Both the position numbers and the translations under genes were made by a program. A model generated the notes under the pieces. The model was not told where the DNA came from, searched no databases, and was given only the letters and a program-made list of their open reading frames with translations. From Candidatus Brocadia sp. (GTDB lineage: Bacteria; Planctomycetota; Brocadiia; Brocadiales; Brocadiaceae), in the NCBI GenBank assembly GCA_021650915.1, contig CP091279.1, positions 1,350,001 through 1,382,000 on the forward strand: a stretch of 32,000 nucleotides of DNA, read 5' to 3'. How positions within the stretch are numbered: position 1 is the stretch's first letter; each line of letters opens with the position of its first letter. Of the stretch, positions 18,375 through 26,734 are shown piece after piece.

Positions 18375-19247
18375 TTACTGATTTGTACTAGAAGTTCCTA
18401 CCGTATTTATATTAAGAAATCGTTTCGCCTCTTCCATGTAATAATCTGCGATCTTAAAATATGAGTCTGCAACGGTCAATTTATCGTCCGCAGAAGAGCA
18501 CTTTCCTTCTAGCGCCAAAATAGTATAAAGCGATTTCCGAGCCTTTTTAAATTCACCAATTTTTGCGTAGCATTCGCCTATTTTCAACCGGCTTTTAAAT
18601 TGATATGTACTATTTATGTAATCGCTGGTTAAAGCATGAAATACCTTTAATGCATCTTCATATCGCTTGGATAATAAATAGCAATCTCCCAAACGATACA
18701 TAATAAAATCCTCATTTAAAAAGGGCATTGAATTGTTTAAACCTGCCTCATAAAAAACCGCTGCATTTTCATAGCATCCCTGTTCATAGAATCTATTTGC
18801 CTCTATTATATATTTTGATCTATCGATGTGCATATCATCTAAGCTATTCATAGAAGCCGAAGCATCCTCACCCTTATTATTGCCGAGAGAACGCCCAGCT
18901 TGTTCATTTTCATTGGAGGCATTGATCCTGGTATTATCTAAGGAAATATTCTTTTTCATTGTCTCTATTACCTTTTCTTCTACAATGGACCCAATATCTT
19001 TATTTCCATAATTCATCCAGTACTTTTGCATCAAAAATAAAAAGCAAACAATACCTATTATAAATATGTTAAGAGCAATCGAAATCCCATATCGTCTGAA
19101 CACTAAGGCAATTCGAGAAACCACAAAAAATGGAATTGCAATCTTTTCATTTTCCGATTTTTTGTTTGTATCAGCTAATACCTCAGTAGACGGTTGGTGA
19201 ATTTCCATTGCGACATGCGATTCGTCTTGTTGAAGAGAATCCGACAT
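18375..19247 (-). CDS. Membrane-anchored TPR protein
   Basis: The track ORF is 18375..19340, but its first 31 codons overlap the STAS gene. The Met at 19247 (MSDSLQQDES...) starts after the STAS stop (19279). One TM (IALNIFIIGIVCFLFLM) and C-terminal TPRs (ANRFYEQGCYENAAVFYEAGL; LGDCYLLSKRYEDALKVF; IGECYAKIGEFKKARKSL). The start codon is uncertain. Confidence 0.65.
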   Translation of the reverse strand: MSDSLQQDESHVAMEIHQPSTEVLADTNKKSENEKIAIPFFVVSRIALVFRRYGISIALNIFIIGIVCFLFLMQKYWMNYGNKDIGSIVEEKVIETMKKNISLDNTRINASNENEQAGRSLGNNKGEDASASMNSLDDMHIDRSKYIIEANRFYEQGCYENAAVFYEAGLNNSMPFLNEDFIMYRLGDCYLLSKRYEDALKVFHALTSDYINSTYQFKSRLKIGECYAKIGEFKKARKSLYTILALEGKCSSADDKLTVADSYFKIADYYMEEAKRFLNINTVGTSSTNQ

Positions 19248-19278
19248 ACTTGCATTTATCAGGAATTTATTAAGATAT

Positions 19279-19665
19279 CTAAATAATGCACTCTTTGGAC
19301 CACAAAAGGTTTTTCTCAAGTTTACCAACCTGAGGACCAATGCTTGCTAGAACGGCATCTTCATTTTCAAATATTGAAATAACTTTATTGACACCTGTAA
19401 TATCAAACAACCCGATTATGTGCTCATTCACATTAACAAGCTTCAAGTTCATCCGCTTGGCTCTATAATCTTTCACACTATCTGCTATTATACTTAGTGC
19501 CTTTGCGGAGAGATATTTTGTATAAGTAAGATCGATTATTATACAACGAACTTCGTCTCTCAGTACTTTTAATAGAGCCTCAAGTTCTTCTATCCCTTCA
19601 TACACTAAATTGCCTTTAGGTAATAAGGTAATAATCTTTTCGTTTTCTTGCTTTTCAATTTTCAT
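19279..19665 (-). CDS. STAS-domain anti-sigma-factor antagonist (HsbA/SpoIIAA/RsbV-like)
   Basis: 128 aa with a STAS pattern (IIIDLTYTKYLSAKALSIIADSV ... LKLVNVNEHIIGLFDITGVNKVISIFENEDAVLA) and a candidate phosphorylatable Ser in YLSAKAL. Its start overlaps the upstream gene by 11 nt. Confidence 0.8.
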   Translation of the reverse strand: MKIEKQENEKIITLLPKGNLVYEGIEELEALLKVLRDEVRCIIIDLTYTKYLSAKALSIIADSVKDYRAKRMNLKLVNVNEHIIGLFDITGVNKVISIFENEDAVLASIGPQVGKLEKNLLWSKECII

Positions 19666-21196
19666 TATAGGTCACTCGCTTTGCCATGTGAACAGTCGTT
19701 CCACTCTTTTCCGAGGACTGTATTATTACCCGATCCATTAAAAGTTTCATAAGCAATATACCTCTACCATTTTTTTCTGTCAAATCTGTATAGACTGTCT
19801 TGTCAGGCTCTCTATAATTCTTTATATCAAACCCACACCCATGATCACACACCTCAGCAATAATTTCATCCCCCAACTTAATAAATCTTATGAAAACTTT
19901 CCCGTATTTATCTTTTTTATATGCAAAAGTTACCGCATTTAAAACAGCTTCATTGACGGCAGTGATAATTTGATGTCTTTTAATATTATCCACTACCACA
20001 GGTGATAATACCTTTTCAAATTGCTCTAAGATCATTTCATAATTGTCAATAGGCATTTCGAAAGAAATTACTTCCATCCAACATGACGAATTTGTTTCAT
20101 GTCTAAAATCTGAAACCACCACGGAAACATCATTTTTCCTGTCAATTAACTCTTCAAATCTTTCTATTTGAAGCTTGATACCTTTTGCTATATTTTCACA
20201 GTTGCTGAAATCTCCACCTGTCATCACATCTTTTAACTTAGCGATACAATTGGTAATTGTCCCATTTCTCATAGCCTTTGAGAGAAAGCTATCGATTATT
20301 AGTATTATTTTGCTATCAGATTCAACGGAAATGGTTCCTTCCGAAATCGTTGCGCCAGGAAACATATTTAGCGAAAGAGGATGTGATTCCAATACCACTG
20401 CTTCTTTTTCAGGTGTATATAAAATACTTGTTAGGTCTTCTCCACACCCAGAAAAACACAGTATTTGTTTTTGTGTATCTAGCACCGCACAAAATAAGGT
20501 AATCGGAAACCGCTGCAAAACATTTTCGCAAAAATATTGATTAATATTTTTCAACAAAAAAGCGGGCGATTTATCCCTTTCCGTCATATAGGTATAACGA
20601 AAAAGTGCCTTAACTACTCTATCTAAATTATCTAAACTACCTTTATTTGAAGCGCTCCCGAACAGAAACGCACTTAATTTTCCCAACGTAACAGAATCAC
20701 AAAAGATATGATCTGCCGATTTTCCCGGATTCTTTGCAAGAAAGCACGCCTTTCCGTGCTTCCACATATCAGCATACTCAACTTTAACTTCTTTGCCACT
20801 TTTGATATCAGCAACATCCTTATTGGTCATTAAAGAATCATTTAAAATTTTATAAATAACACTCTTTATATGCTCTATCTTAAATGGTTTTGTCACAAAA
20901 TCTGATACACCAATGTGCATAGCTTCTATTACTGTTTCTATTGAACCATAGGCAGTAATAATAACAGATTTGATATTTGGACATATCTTTTTAATTTCCG
21001 AAATCAATTGTATCCCACCCATTGTAGGCATTCTTAAATCACTAATTATCAAATCGTAATTGGTCTTTTTGGCAGATTCCAATGCCTTAACACCATCGTT
21101 AATATTCTCAACATCATAACCTTCATCCGTCAGGGCTTCGTGTAATGCCCATCGTAGTGTTTCTTCGTCATCCACTAATAAAATCTTTTTTTTCAT
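19655..21196 (-). CDS. HsbR-like response regulator: REC + SpoIIE/PP2C-like + RsbW-type Ser kinase (HATPase_c)
   Basis: 513 aa. REC domain (ILLVDDEETL ... DLIISDLRMPTMGG). The central region has a SpoIIE-like layout but degenerate metal motifs (ADHIFCDS, GSASNKG, SGCGED, LIIDSF). The C-terminal RsbW-like domain is AVNEAVLNAVTFAY ... VCDHGCGFD ... GRGILLMKLLMDRV. Confidence 0.75.
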   Translation of the reverse strand: MKKKILLVDDEETLRWALHEALTDEGYDVENINDGVKALESAKKTNYDLIISDLRMPTMGGIQLISEIKKICPNIKSVIITAYGSIETVIEAMHIGVSDFVTKPFKIEHIKSVIYKILNDSLMTNKDVADIKSGKEVKVEYADMWKHGKACFLAKNPGKSADHIFCDSVTLGKLSAFLFGSASNKGSLDNLDRVVKALFRYTYMTERDKSPAFLLKNINQYFCENVLQRFPITLFCAVLDTQKQILCFSGCGEDLTSILYTPEKEAVVLESHPLSLNMFPGATISEGTISVESDSKIILIIDSFLSKAMRNGTITNCIAKLKDVMTGGDFSNCENIAKGIKLQIERFEELIDRKNDVSVVVSDFRHETNSSCWMEVISFEMPIDNYEMILEQFEKVLSPVVVDNIKRHQIITAVNEAVLNAVTFAYKKDKYGKVFIRFIKLGDEIIAEVCDHGCGFDIKNYREPDKTVYTDLTEKNGRGILLMKLLMDRVIIQSSEKSGTTVHMAKRVTYNEN

Positions 21197-21282
21197 GCCT
21201 GTTCGATATCATTAAATTTACAAAAATATCACGGATATTGTTTTTTTACTATAAATACATATTCATTATTATTGCCATCCAA

Positions 21283-22692
21283 TCATGATGGGCAAAGACC
21301 GTATTCTTTTATTTTATTGTATAATGTTGTTCTGTTAATACCCAGTATCTTGGCCGCCTCGGTTCTCCGCCAAGAAGTCTCATTAAGAACTTTTTGAATA
21401 TGTTGTCTTTCAATATTGGCTAAAGAACGAATGTCTAAAGTTTCATGATTCTCTCCGTCGTTGTTCTTGTCATTGGCAAAATTGGCATTTACAGCACTTC
21501 CTCTTCTCGAATCAATAGAGGCACCGATCTCTGGATGTAATACCCCGTCACCTGCAATTAAAACAGCTCGCTCAACTACATTTTTCAACTCACGAATATT
21601 CCCAGGCCATTTGTATTCCAAAAGCATTTTCTCTGTTTCTGCAGGTATGTGGTGAACATTTTTATTAAATTCATTATTATATTTATGCACAAAATGCTTC
21701 ACCAAAAGCATAATATCATCTTTTCTTTCCCTCAGTGGTGGTATATAAATGGGTAAAACCTTCAACCTGTAATAAAGATCTTTTCTAAAATTATCAGATT
21801 CTACCTCTTCTTCCAGGTTTCGGTTCGTTGATGCAATGACCCTTACATCAATCTTGATGTCATTAATTCCACCAACCCTTTTAAATTGACGTTCTTGTAA
21901 AATTCTTAAAAGTTTTGCCTGTAAAGTAATACCCATTTCACCTATTTCATCCAAAAAAATTGTGCCTTTATCTGCAACTTCGAATAAACCCGGTTTCCCC
22001 GTCGCAATTGCACCCGTAAACGAGCCTTTTTCATAACCAAACAATTCTGCTTCAAGAAGACTCTCTGTCAAGGCTGCGCAATTAATATCTACAAAACGAC
22101 CATTTTTCCTTGAGCTTAAATGATGGACAGCCCGTGCTACAAGCTCCTTTCCTGTACCACTCTCGCCTTGTATCAAGACTGTTGTCGACGGACTCTTTGC
22201 TACCTGTTTTATAAGGTTATAAATCGCTTTCATCTGATAACTATTTCCTATAATTATGGAGCCCGGCTCGTCAGCAAAAGTACACTGCTGTGCCCGCAAT
22301 TCAAGAACCTCTCTTCTTAGAGCCTGAGTGCTCAGCGCCTTTTCAACAACCAGTTTTAAATGTTCCGTTTTAAACGGCTTTTCCAAATAGTCGTAAGCCC
22401 CGGTTTTCATCGCTTCTACTGCAGAATCAATACTTCCATATCCGGTCATGACAATTATTAATGCATTAGGATCTTTTGTTTTTACTTTTTCCAAAAGCTC
22501 TATTCCGCCCATATTAGGCAATCGCAAATCTAATAACACTAAGTCTGGTAAAAATTCGTTTATCTTCTCTAATGCCTGCTCACTAGTTTCTGCAACAACA
22601 ACGTCATATCCTAGTCCAGATAAAAACTCTTTTATTGAAAAACGAATCGTTTCCTCATCGTCCACAATAAGAATTATTGCCTTTAACGACAT
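21283..22692 (-). CDS. Sigma54-dependent response regulator (REC + AAA+ + HTH), second paralogue with no adjacent kinase
   Basis: 469 aa. REC domain (ILIVDDEETIRF ... DLVLLDLRLPNMGG), Walker A GESGTGKE, GAFTGA-variant EKGSFTGA, and a C-terminal HTH (RRTEAAKILGINRTTLYNKIKEYGL). Confidence 0.9.
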   Translation of the reverse strand: MSLKAIILIVDDEETIRFSIKEFLSGLGYDVVVAETSEQALEKINEFLPDLVLLDLRLPNMGGIELLEKVKTKDPNALIIVMTGYGSIDSAVEAMKTGAYDYLEKPFKTEHLKLVVEKALSTQALRREVLELRAQQCTFADEPGSIIIGNSYQMKAIYNLIKQVAKSPSTTVLIQGESGTGKELVARAVHHLSSRKNGRFVDINCAALTESLLEAELFGYEKGSFTGAIATGKPGLFEVADKGTIFLDEIGEMGITLQAKLLRILQERQFKRVGGINDIKIDVRVIASTNRNLEEEVESDNFRKDLYYRLKVLPIYIPPLRERKDDIMLLVKHFVHKYNNEFNKNVHHIPAETEKMLLEYKWPGNIRELKNVVERAVLIAGDGVLHPEIGASIDSRRGSAVNANFANDKNNDGENHETLDIRSLANIERQHIQKVLNETSWRRTEAAKILGINRTTLYNKIKEYGLCPS

Positions 22693-22850
22693 TTAGACCC
22701 CCCTTTTACTAAAACAACCTACCAGGCATCTTAAATTAACGCCCAATTATTCGACAGACAATCAGAATACTGCCATAACATGTCGAATCTTTCAACATAT
22801 TTGGATGGCATATGCTACAATTTGATGAAGCAAACAATATTCCATCCGTA

Positions 22851-24047
22851 TTATTTCTTATGTACATCTTTCAATAATTGTAATCGTTTAATCTTCTCTT
22901 TTACTCTGGAATTTTCACTAATATTTTTCGTATATTTCAGACTATGCTGATATTGTTCAAGTGCACGTAATATATCTCCGTTAGATTCATAAAGAGAAGC
23001 GAGATTCAATCTTGTCTCAAAATCGGTTTGATCCATACTTAAAACCCGGCTAAATGCTTCTATAGCTAATTCATCTTTGCCCTTCAGTTTATACAATTCT
23101 CCCAAATGCTTAGAGTATTTTATCTGATTCATGGGATAAATAGGAATTAATCGATTATAAACATTAATTGCATCATCGAACATTCCCATCTCATAATAAA
23201 TATTCGCCATTTCAAAAAAAGGATCTACGCCCAAAAATGACAAACAACGGATATCTTCCTCATGTGCGGCAAACAATTTTATTAACACTTTGCCTTCTTC
23301 AATCAAATAGTCTCTCATTTCTTGATGCCCAAAATAATGAGAAAACAACGTACTATGAATTAAAAACGACCCAGGTATCTCAGAAGAAAGATTTTTTAGT
23401 CTTGCAGTTGTCTCTTCGTAGGTAATATTTCCTTGTTGGTAATTGCGTTGTATATAATCAATCTCCCTTTGCACGTTCACATTTTTACATACTTCAATAA
23501 TTTGTTGTGAAAGATGCTCTATCATTTCTGGTATTTTTTCTATTGATTCACACTCACTAACTAACACGCGTATTGTTTCTTTTGCTTTCACTTGTACAAT
23601 CTCAATATTGGTCCTCAGGGTACTTCCGAACTGGTTTAAAGTACCTCTGAGAGCAAAATCGGCATTGGTTTTTTCCGCAACTTGAATGAGTACCTTTGGA
23701 TTAACTTTAGCAAATAAATCTACAATATTTGCCTTTGTCAGCATATTTCTCATATCAGCATTCTCGATCTTAATAATATTAGACAACACAGCTTCTTGAA
23801 TAAACTCATATGTGCGCTCCTGCTCCGTTACTTCACAATAACCAGAACGAATTAATTCGGACCGCATTACATCATCAATTCCCAGAAAAAGATCTTTTGA
23901 ATCACCATTGTAGTGAAAAGGAAAAATAACCACCCTTATCTTTTTCTCATCTCCAGAAATAATACTCTGGAAACTAATCGAAAGCATGAATAGTATTGCA
24001 AGAAATTGACAATATTTTTTCAAACGCATGATCAACCACACTACCAT
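22851..24047 (-). CDS. Secreted protein with an N-terminal TolB_N/CsgG/FlgO-like module and C-terminal TPRs
   Basis: 398 aa with a signal peptide (the start may instead be the Met at 24029, MRLKKYCQFLAILFMLSISF). N-terminal pattern RVVIFPFHYNGDSKDLFLGIDDVMRSELIRSGYCEVTEQE. C-terminal TPRs (MANIYYEMGMFDDAINVYNRLI; LGELYKLKGKDELAIEAFSRVL; LASLYESNGDILRALEQYQHSL). Confidence 0.65.
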   Translation of the reverse strand: MVVWLIMRLKKYCQFLAILFMLSISFQSIISGDEKKIRVVIFPFHYNGDSKDLFLGIDDVMRSELIRSGYCEVTEQERTYEFIQEAVLSNIIKIENADMRNMLTKANIVDLFAKVNPKVLIQVAEKTNADFALRGTLNQFGSTLRTNIEIVQVKAKETIRVLVSECESIEKIPEMIEHLSQQIIEVCKNVNVQREIDYIQRNYQQGNITYEETTARLKNLSSEIPGSFLIHSTLFSHYFGHQEMRDYLIEEGKVLIKLFAAHEEDIRCLSFLGVDPFFEMANIYYEMGMFDDAINVYNRLIPIYPMNQIKYSKHLGELYKLKGKDELAIEAFSRVLSMDQTDFETRLNLASLYESNGDILRALEQYQHSLKYTKNISENSRVKEKIKRLQLLKDVHKK

Positions 24048-24078
24048 TTCTCATCACAAATGTATTTAGGAATTATCA

Positions 24079-24311
24079 CATAACGCAGCACAGCCGCAAC
24101 CAACTTTCCGTTGTGAAAGCGGGAGATTGCTTCGGACAAGACCCTCGCAATGACACGGGCTATGCCTTTGATGACATACGGTACGTTGTCATTGCGAGCG
24201 GAGCGAAGCAATCCTTCTCTTATAAATAAACGGTACCTTCTGATAAGGGGTAAATAGGGTTGTAAAAACCTGCAAAAAAAGAAAGATTTTATACGGCAAT
24301 ATTATAATAAC
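24079..24311 (+). repeat. REP-like hairpin repeat, family A, copy A1
   Basis: Shares cata(a/g)cgc..cacagcc.caaccaa..tt..gaaagcgg.gagattgcttcgg...ccctcgcaatgaca...gtcattgcgag.g.agcgaagcaatc...acggtacc...aaaaaaag.aag.ttttata...aatattataa with copies at 25059 and 28918. Nested inverted repeats: gattgcttcg/cgaagcaatc and ctcgcaatgaca/tgtcattgcgag. Confidence 0.85.
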
Positions 24312-24899
24312 TAAACTGTAACAACTTTATGCGTTTTTTTGGATAAATGGTATAATTTCATTCTCCGTGAAAGGAATCATGCCAAATATTAAGTGTTGCC
24401 GTCACTTTATCAGACATTTTTTGTCCTTTGCATAGACATTGGTGTCTAATTGATATTGAATTTTGAGGCCTTTTTTGTTTGCTCATAAACTATAATCTAA
24501 TTGGTGCAACAGATCTGCAATCTGATTATGGCTTGACTTAGCTCCATTGCGAGCGGAGCGAAGCAATCCTTCTCTTATAAATAAACGGTACCTTCTGATA
24601 AGGGGTAAATAGGGTTGTAAAAACCTGCAAAAAAAGAAAGATTTTATACGGCAATATTATAATAACTAAACTGTAACAACTTTATGCGTTTTTTTGGATA
24701 AATGGTATAATTTCATTCTCCGTGAAAGGAATCATGCCAAATATTAAGTGTTGCCGTCACTTTATCAGACATTTTTTGTCCTTTGCATAGACATTGGTGT
24801 CTAATTGATATTGAATTTTGAGGCCTTTTTTGTTTGCTCATAAACTATAATCTAATTGGTGCAACAGATCTGCAATCTGATTATGGCTTGACTTAGCTC
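24190..24899. repeat. Perfect tandem duplication, 2 x 355 bp
   Basis: 24190-24544 and 24545-24899 are identical base for base by eye, including homopolymer lengths. The next 3 bases (cat, 24900-24902) repeat the first 3 of the unit, giving junction microhomology. The unit comprises the right half of A1 plus 233 bp of the transposase remnant. Confidence 0.9.
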
Positions 24900-25058
24900 C
24901 ATATTCTTCAGTTCATCCGAAATCTTTCTTACGCATCTCAATAGCGGCTTTGGGTCTCCACGAGTAGCTTGCACTATAAGATATTTGACGTCTTTCAGAA
25001 AAGCGGGGTTATTGTTCGTGCTCCGTTTACGTCTATTACCCTTCTTATAGCATTACCG
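24667..25058 (-). pseudogene. ISAzo13-family transposase remnant (internal N-proximal fragment, frameshifted with stops)
   Basis: The minus-strand translation of 25041..24890 gives KKGNRRKRSTNNNPAFLKDVKYLIVQATRGDPKPLLRCVRKISDELKNM. After a frameshift it continues SSHNQIADLLHQLDYSL*ANKK. This parallels the ISAzo13 pattern GGGRKR..DP.L..L..LVEP.TRGDP..PL.W..KS.R.LA..L...GH.VSH..VA.LL..L.(Y/F)SLQANRK. It is bounded by repeats A1 and A2. The 24667-24899 part is duplicated at 24312-24544. Confidence 0.6.
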
Positions 25059-25445
25059 CATAGCGCGGCACCGCCACAACCAAATTTCTTTTATGAAAGC
25101 GGAGAGATTGCTTCGGAAAAGGCCCTCGCAATGACAGCGACCATGCACTTTGATGGCACACTGCACGTTGTCATTGCGAGTGAAGCGAAGCAATCTTTCA
25201 CTCATAAAAAACGGTACCTCTTGAAAGGGGTTTGTGAAAAAACTTACAAAAAAAGGTAACACTTTAGTTTTTTGAAAAAGTAGGGGCGAAGCATTTGCCA
25301 GCTTGGGGTGTGAATACATTTATGCCAATTTATGACAAATGCTTCGCCCCTACACCGTGCGGTAACATCGTTATTATGGTAATTTTTCAAAAAACTAAAG
25401 TGTTACAAAAAAAAGAAGTTTTTATACAGTAATACTATATGAACT
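25059..25445 (+). repeat. REP-like hairpin repeat, family A, copy A2 (interrupted by element B1)
   Basis: Same consensus as A1 and A3. The right tail is split at cttacaaaaaaag | ... | aaaaaaaagaagtttttatac by the 151-bp insert at 25256-25406. Confidence 0.85.
25256..25406. mobile_element. MITE-like element B, copy B1, nested in A2
   Basis: 24-nt perfect terminal inverted repeats: gtaacactttagttttttgaaaaa (25256-25279) and tttttcaaaaaactaaagtgttac (25383-25406). Internal 18-bp perfect hairpin gtaggggcgaagcatttg (25280-25297) with caaatgcttcgcccctac (25336-25353). Flanked by a7g / a8g where the uninterrupted copy A3 has a single a7gg (TSD-like). Confidence 0.7.
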
Positions 25446-25597
25446 CTGGACAACACGATTATTATCGAACCATGTTAAGGCAAACTGTAAAGCCGCCGGG
25501 TATCCTTGTCTTAAGAAATTATCGCGGGGAGCGGTATCAAAAATTTTAGTAGCGTTGTCAAGTGGAGACCTGAGAAAAGTCCTCCAATGTATAGTTG

Positions 25598-26530
25598 TCA
25601 CGCATCAAAGCCGTTGTAGTAATAGGCAAGCCGAATTTTGGTAACGTTCAGCGCCCCGGCAACACTCCATTTGCTCACATTCACCCGCATGTTAACCGTA
25701 CGCATGACGCGCTCTACTTTACTTGTCGTTTTGCCATTGAGCCTCTTTTCTATCGCCGTAAACATATCAGGCCTGGCATTCTCAAGATAGGATGCGGTAT
25801 GAGTATGTCCCTTCGACAAACAATGCTGAATCACCGCATCCAACCGTTTCCTCTTGGATTCTATCATTTTCTCGATGGTCTTCTGGCAATCAACCAATGG
25901 CCGTATCGCACAGACATCCATAAGCTCCGACATTACCTCCAGCCATTCTTTCCCCTTGCTCTTGAGCCCATCTTGCCATAATACATACTTTGCCTGATAC
26001 GGAATATGCCACAAACATCTCTGTACAAGCACCTTGACCTTCCCTTTCAAACTATCCAAAATAGAGGTGTCGCCATCGGTTATCAAAAGAAACCGGGAAA
26101 ACTTCCTGAACACCTTAATACTCTTACCAAAAAGCTTATCCCAACTGCCGTTGTAATTCCCTATGTCAAGCCCTGCCACTCTCACCCCTCCACCTCTCTT
26201 ATATTGCACAAAGACCTTGAGCTCCTTGCCTCGTTTGGCTATCCCCTTAATCCCTACCCCTGTCCCGTCTGCTTCTCCCAGGGGAAGTCCCTTCTCGTCG
26301 AGTTGAAAATCTATCTCTGCTGCCGTCTTTTGCACCGATTTCCCTATCGTCATCTTGTCTACGGTCCAGCCAAACATCGACACGATCTTCTGAATAAAAT
26401 CCCTTAATATCTCCGGCAGTATCTTGCAAAATGCCTTGAGAATCGACTCCAGGCTGCCGTCCTTTAATTCAACCCGAATTTGACAACCAAATTCTATTGT
26501 GATACCATCTGTGCATGGGGTTGCTCCCAT
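25598..26530 (-). CDS. Transposase-like protein (DDE type, family not assignable by eye; possibly N-terminally truncated)
   Basis: 310 aa with a motif layout typical of DDE transposases: EADGTGVGIK, LLITDGDTSIL, QRCLWHIPYQ, and a C-terminal TTSKVERVMRTVNMRVN..KWSVAGALNVTKIRL. GGAGGG RBS present. Lies among repeat debris next to a tRNA. No terminal inverted repeats were found. Confidence 0.5.
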   Translation of the reverse strand: MGATPCTDGITIEFGCQIRVELKDGSLESILKAFCKILPEILRDFIQKIVSMFGWTVDKMTIGKSVQKTAAEIDFQLDEKGLPLGEADGTGVGIKGIAKRGKELKVFVQYKRGGGVRVAGLDIGNYNGSWDKLFGKSIKVFRKFSRFLLITDGDTSILDSLKGKVKVLVQRCLWHIPYQAKYVLWQDGLKSKGKEWLEVMSELMDVCAIRPLVDCQKTIEKMIESKRKRLDAVIQHCLSKGHTHTASYLENARPDMFTAIEKRLNGKTTSKVERVMRTVNMRVNVSKWSVAGALNVTKIRLAYYYNGFDA

Positions 26531-26734
26531 ATAGCCCTCCTTTTCTTTATGGTTTAGTTTCTTGTATCAAAACTATTTTTTACCATATTTGGAGGGCTTT
26601 TTCTTTAACCAAGTCTCTCTTTTTCTACTCTACCAAAGTTTTAACAAAGTAATGTCTGAGAAAAAACTGACTACAATTTGACTACAGTTGAGGAAAACAG
26701 AAATATGTCGATTGCATGAAACCATTAATTTCAT

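Noticed and set aside
24190-24899. Whether the regularly repeated DNA could be a CRISPR array or a satellite
   Set aside because: There are only two copies of a long (355-bp) unit with no short repeat/spacer periodicity, and no cas genes in the window. It is a simple tandem duplication.
24969-25319. Track ORFs 24969-25259(+) and 25053-25319(-), and likewise 28843-29082(+), 28874-29059(-), 30180-30407(-) and 30191-30379(-)
   Set aside because: They are translations of the A and B repeat elements, giving recurrent peptides such as LAMTATMHFDG, VIASEAKQS, HCEGLFRSNL and RGRFETCPYK. The same DNA recurs in non-coding contexts and in both orientations. There is no RBS or coherent protein.
25595-26429. 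ORFs 25595-25981(+), 26006-26407(+) and 26247-26429(-) overlapping the transposase-like gene
   Set aside because: They are antisense or alternative-frame ORFs within a longer, better-supported ORF. They have no motifs.
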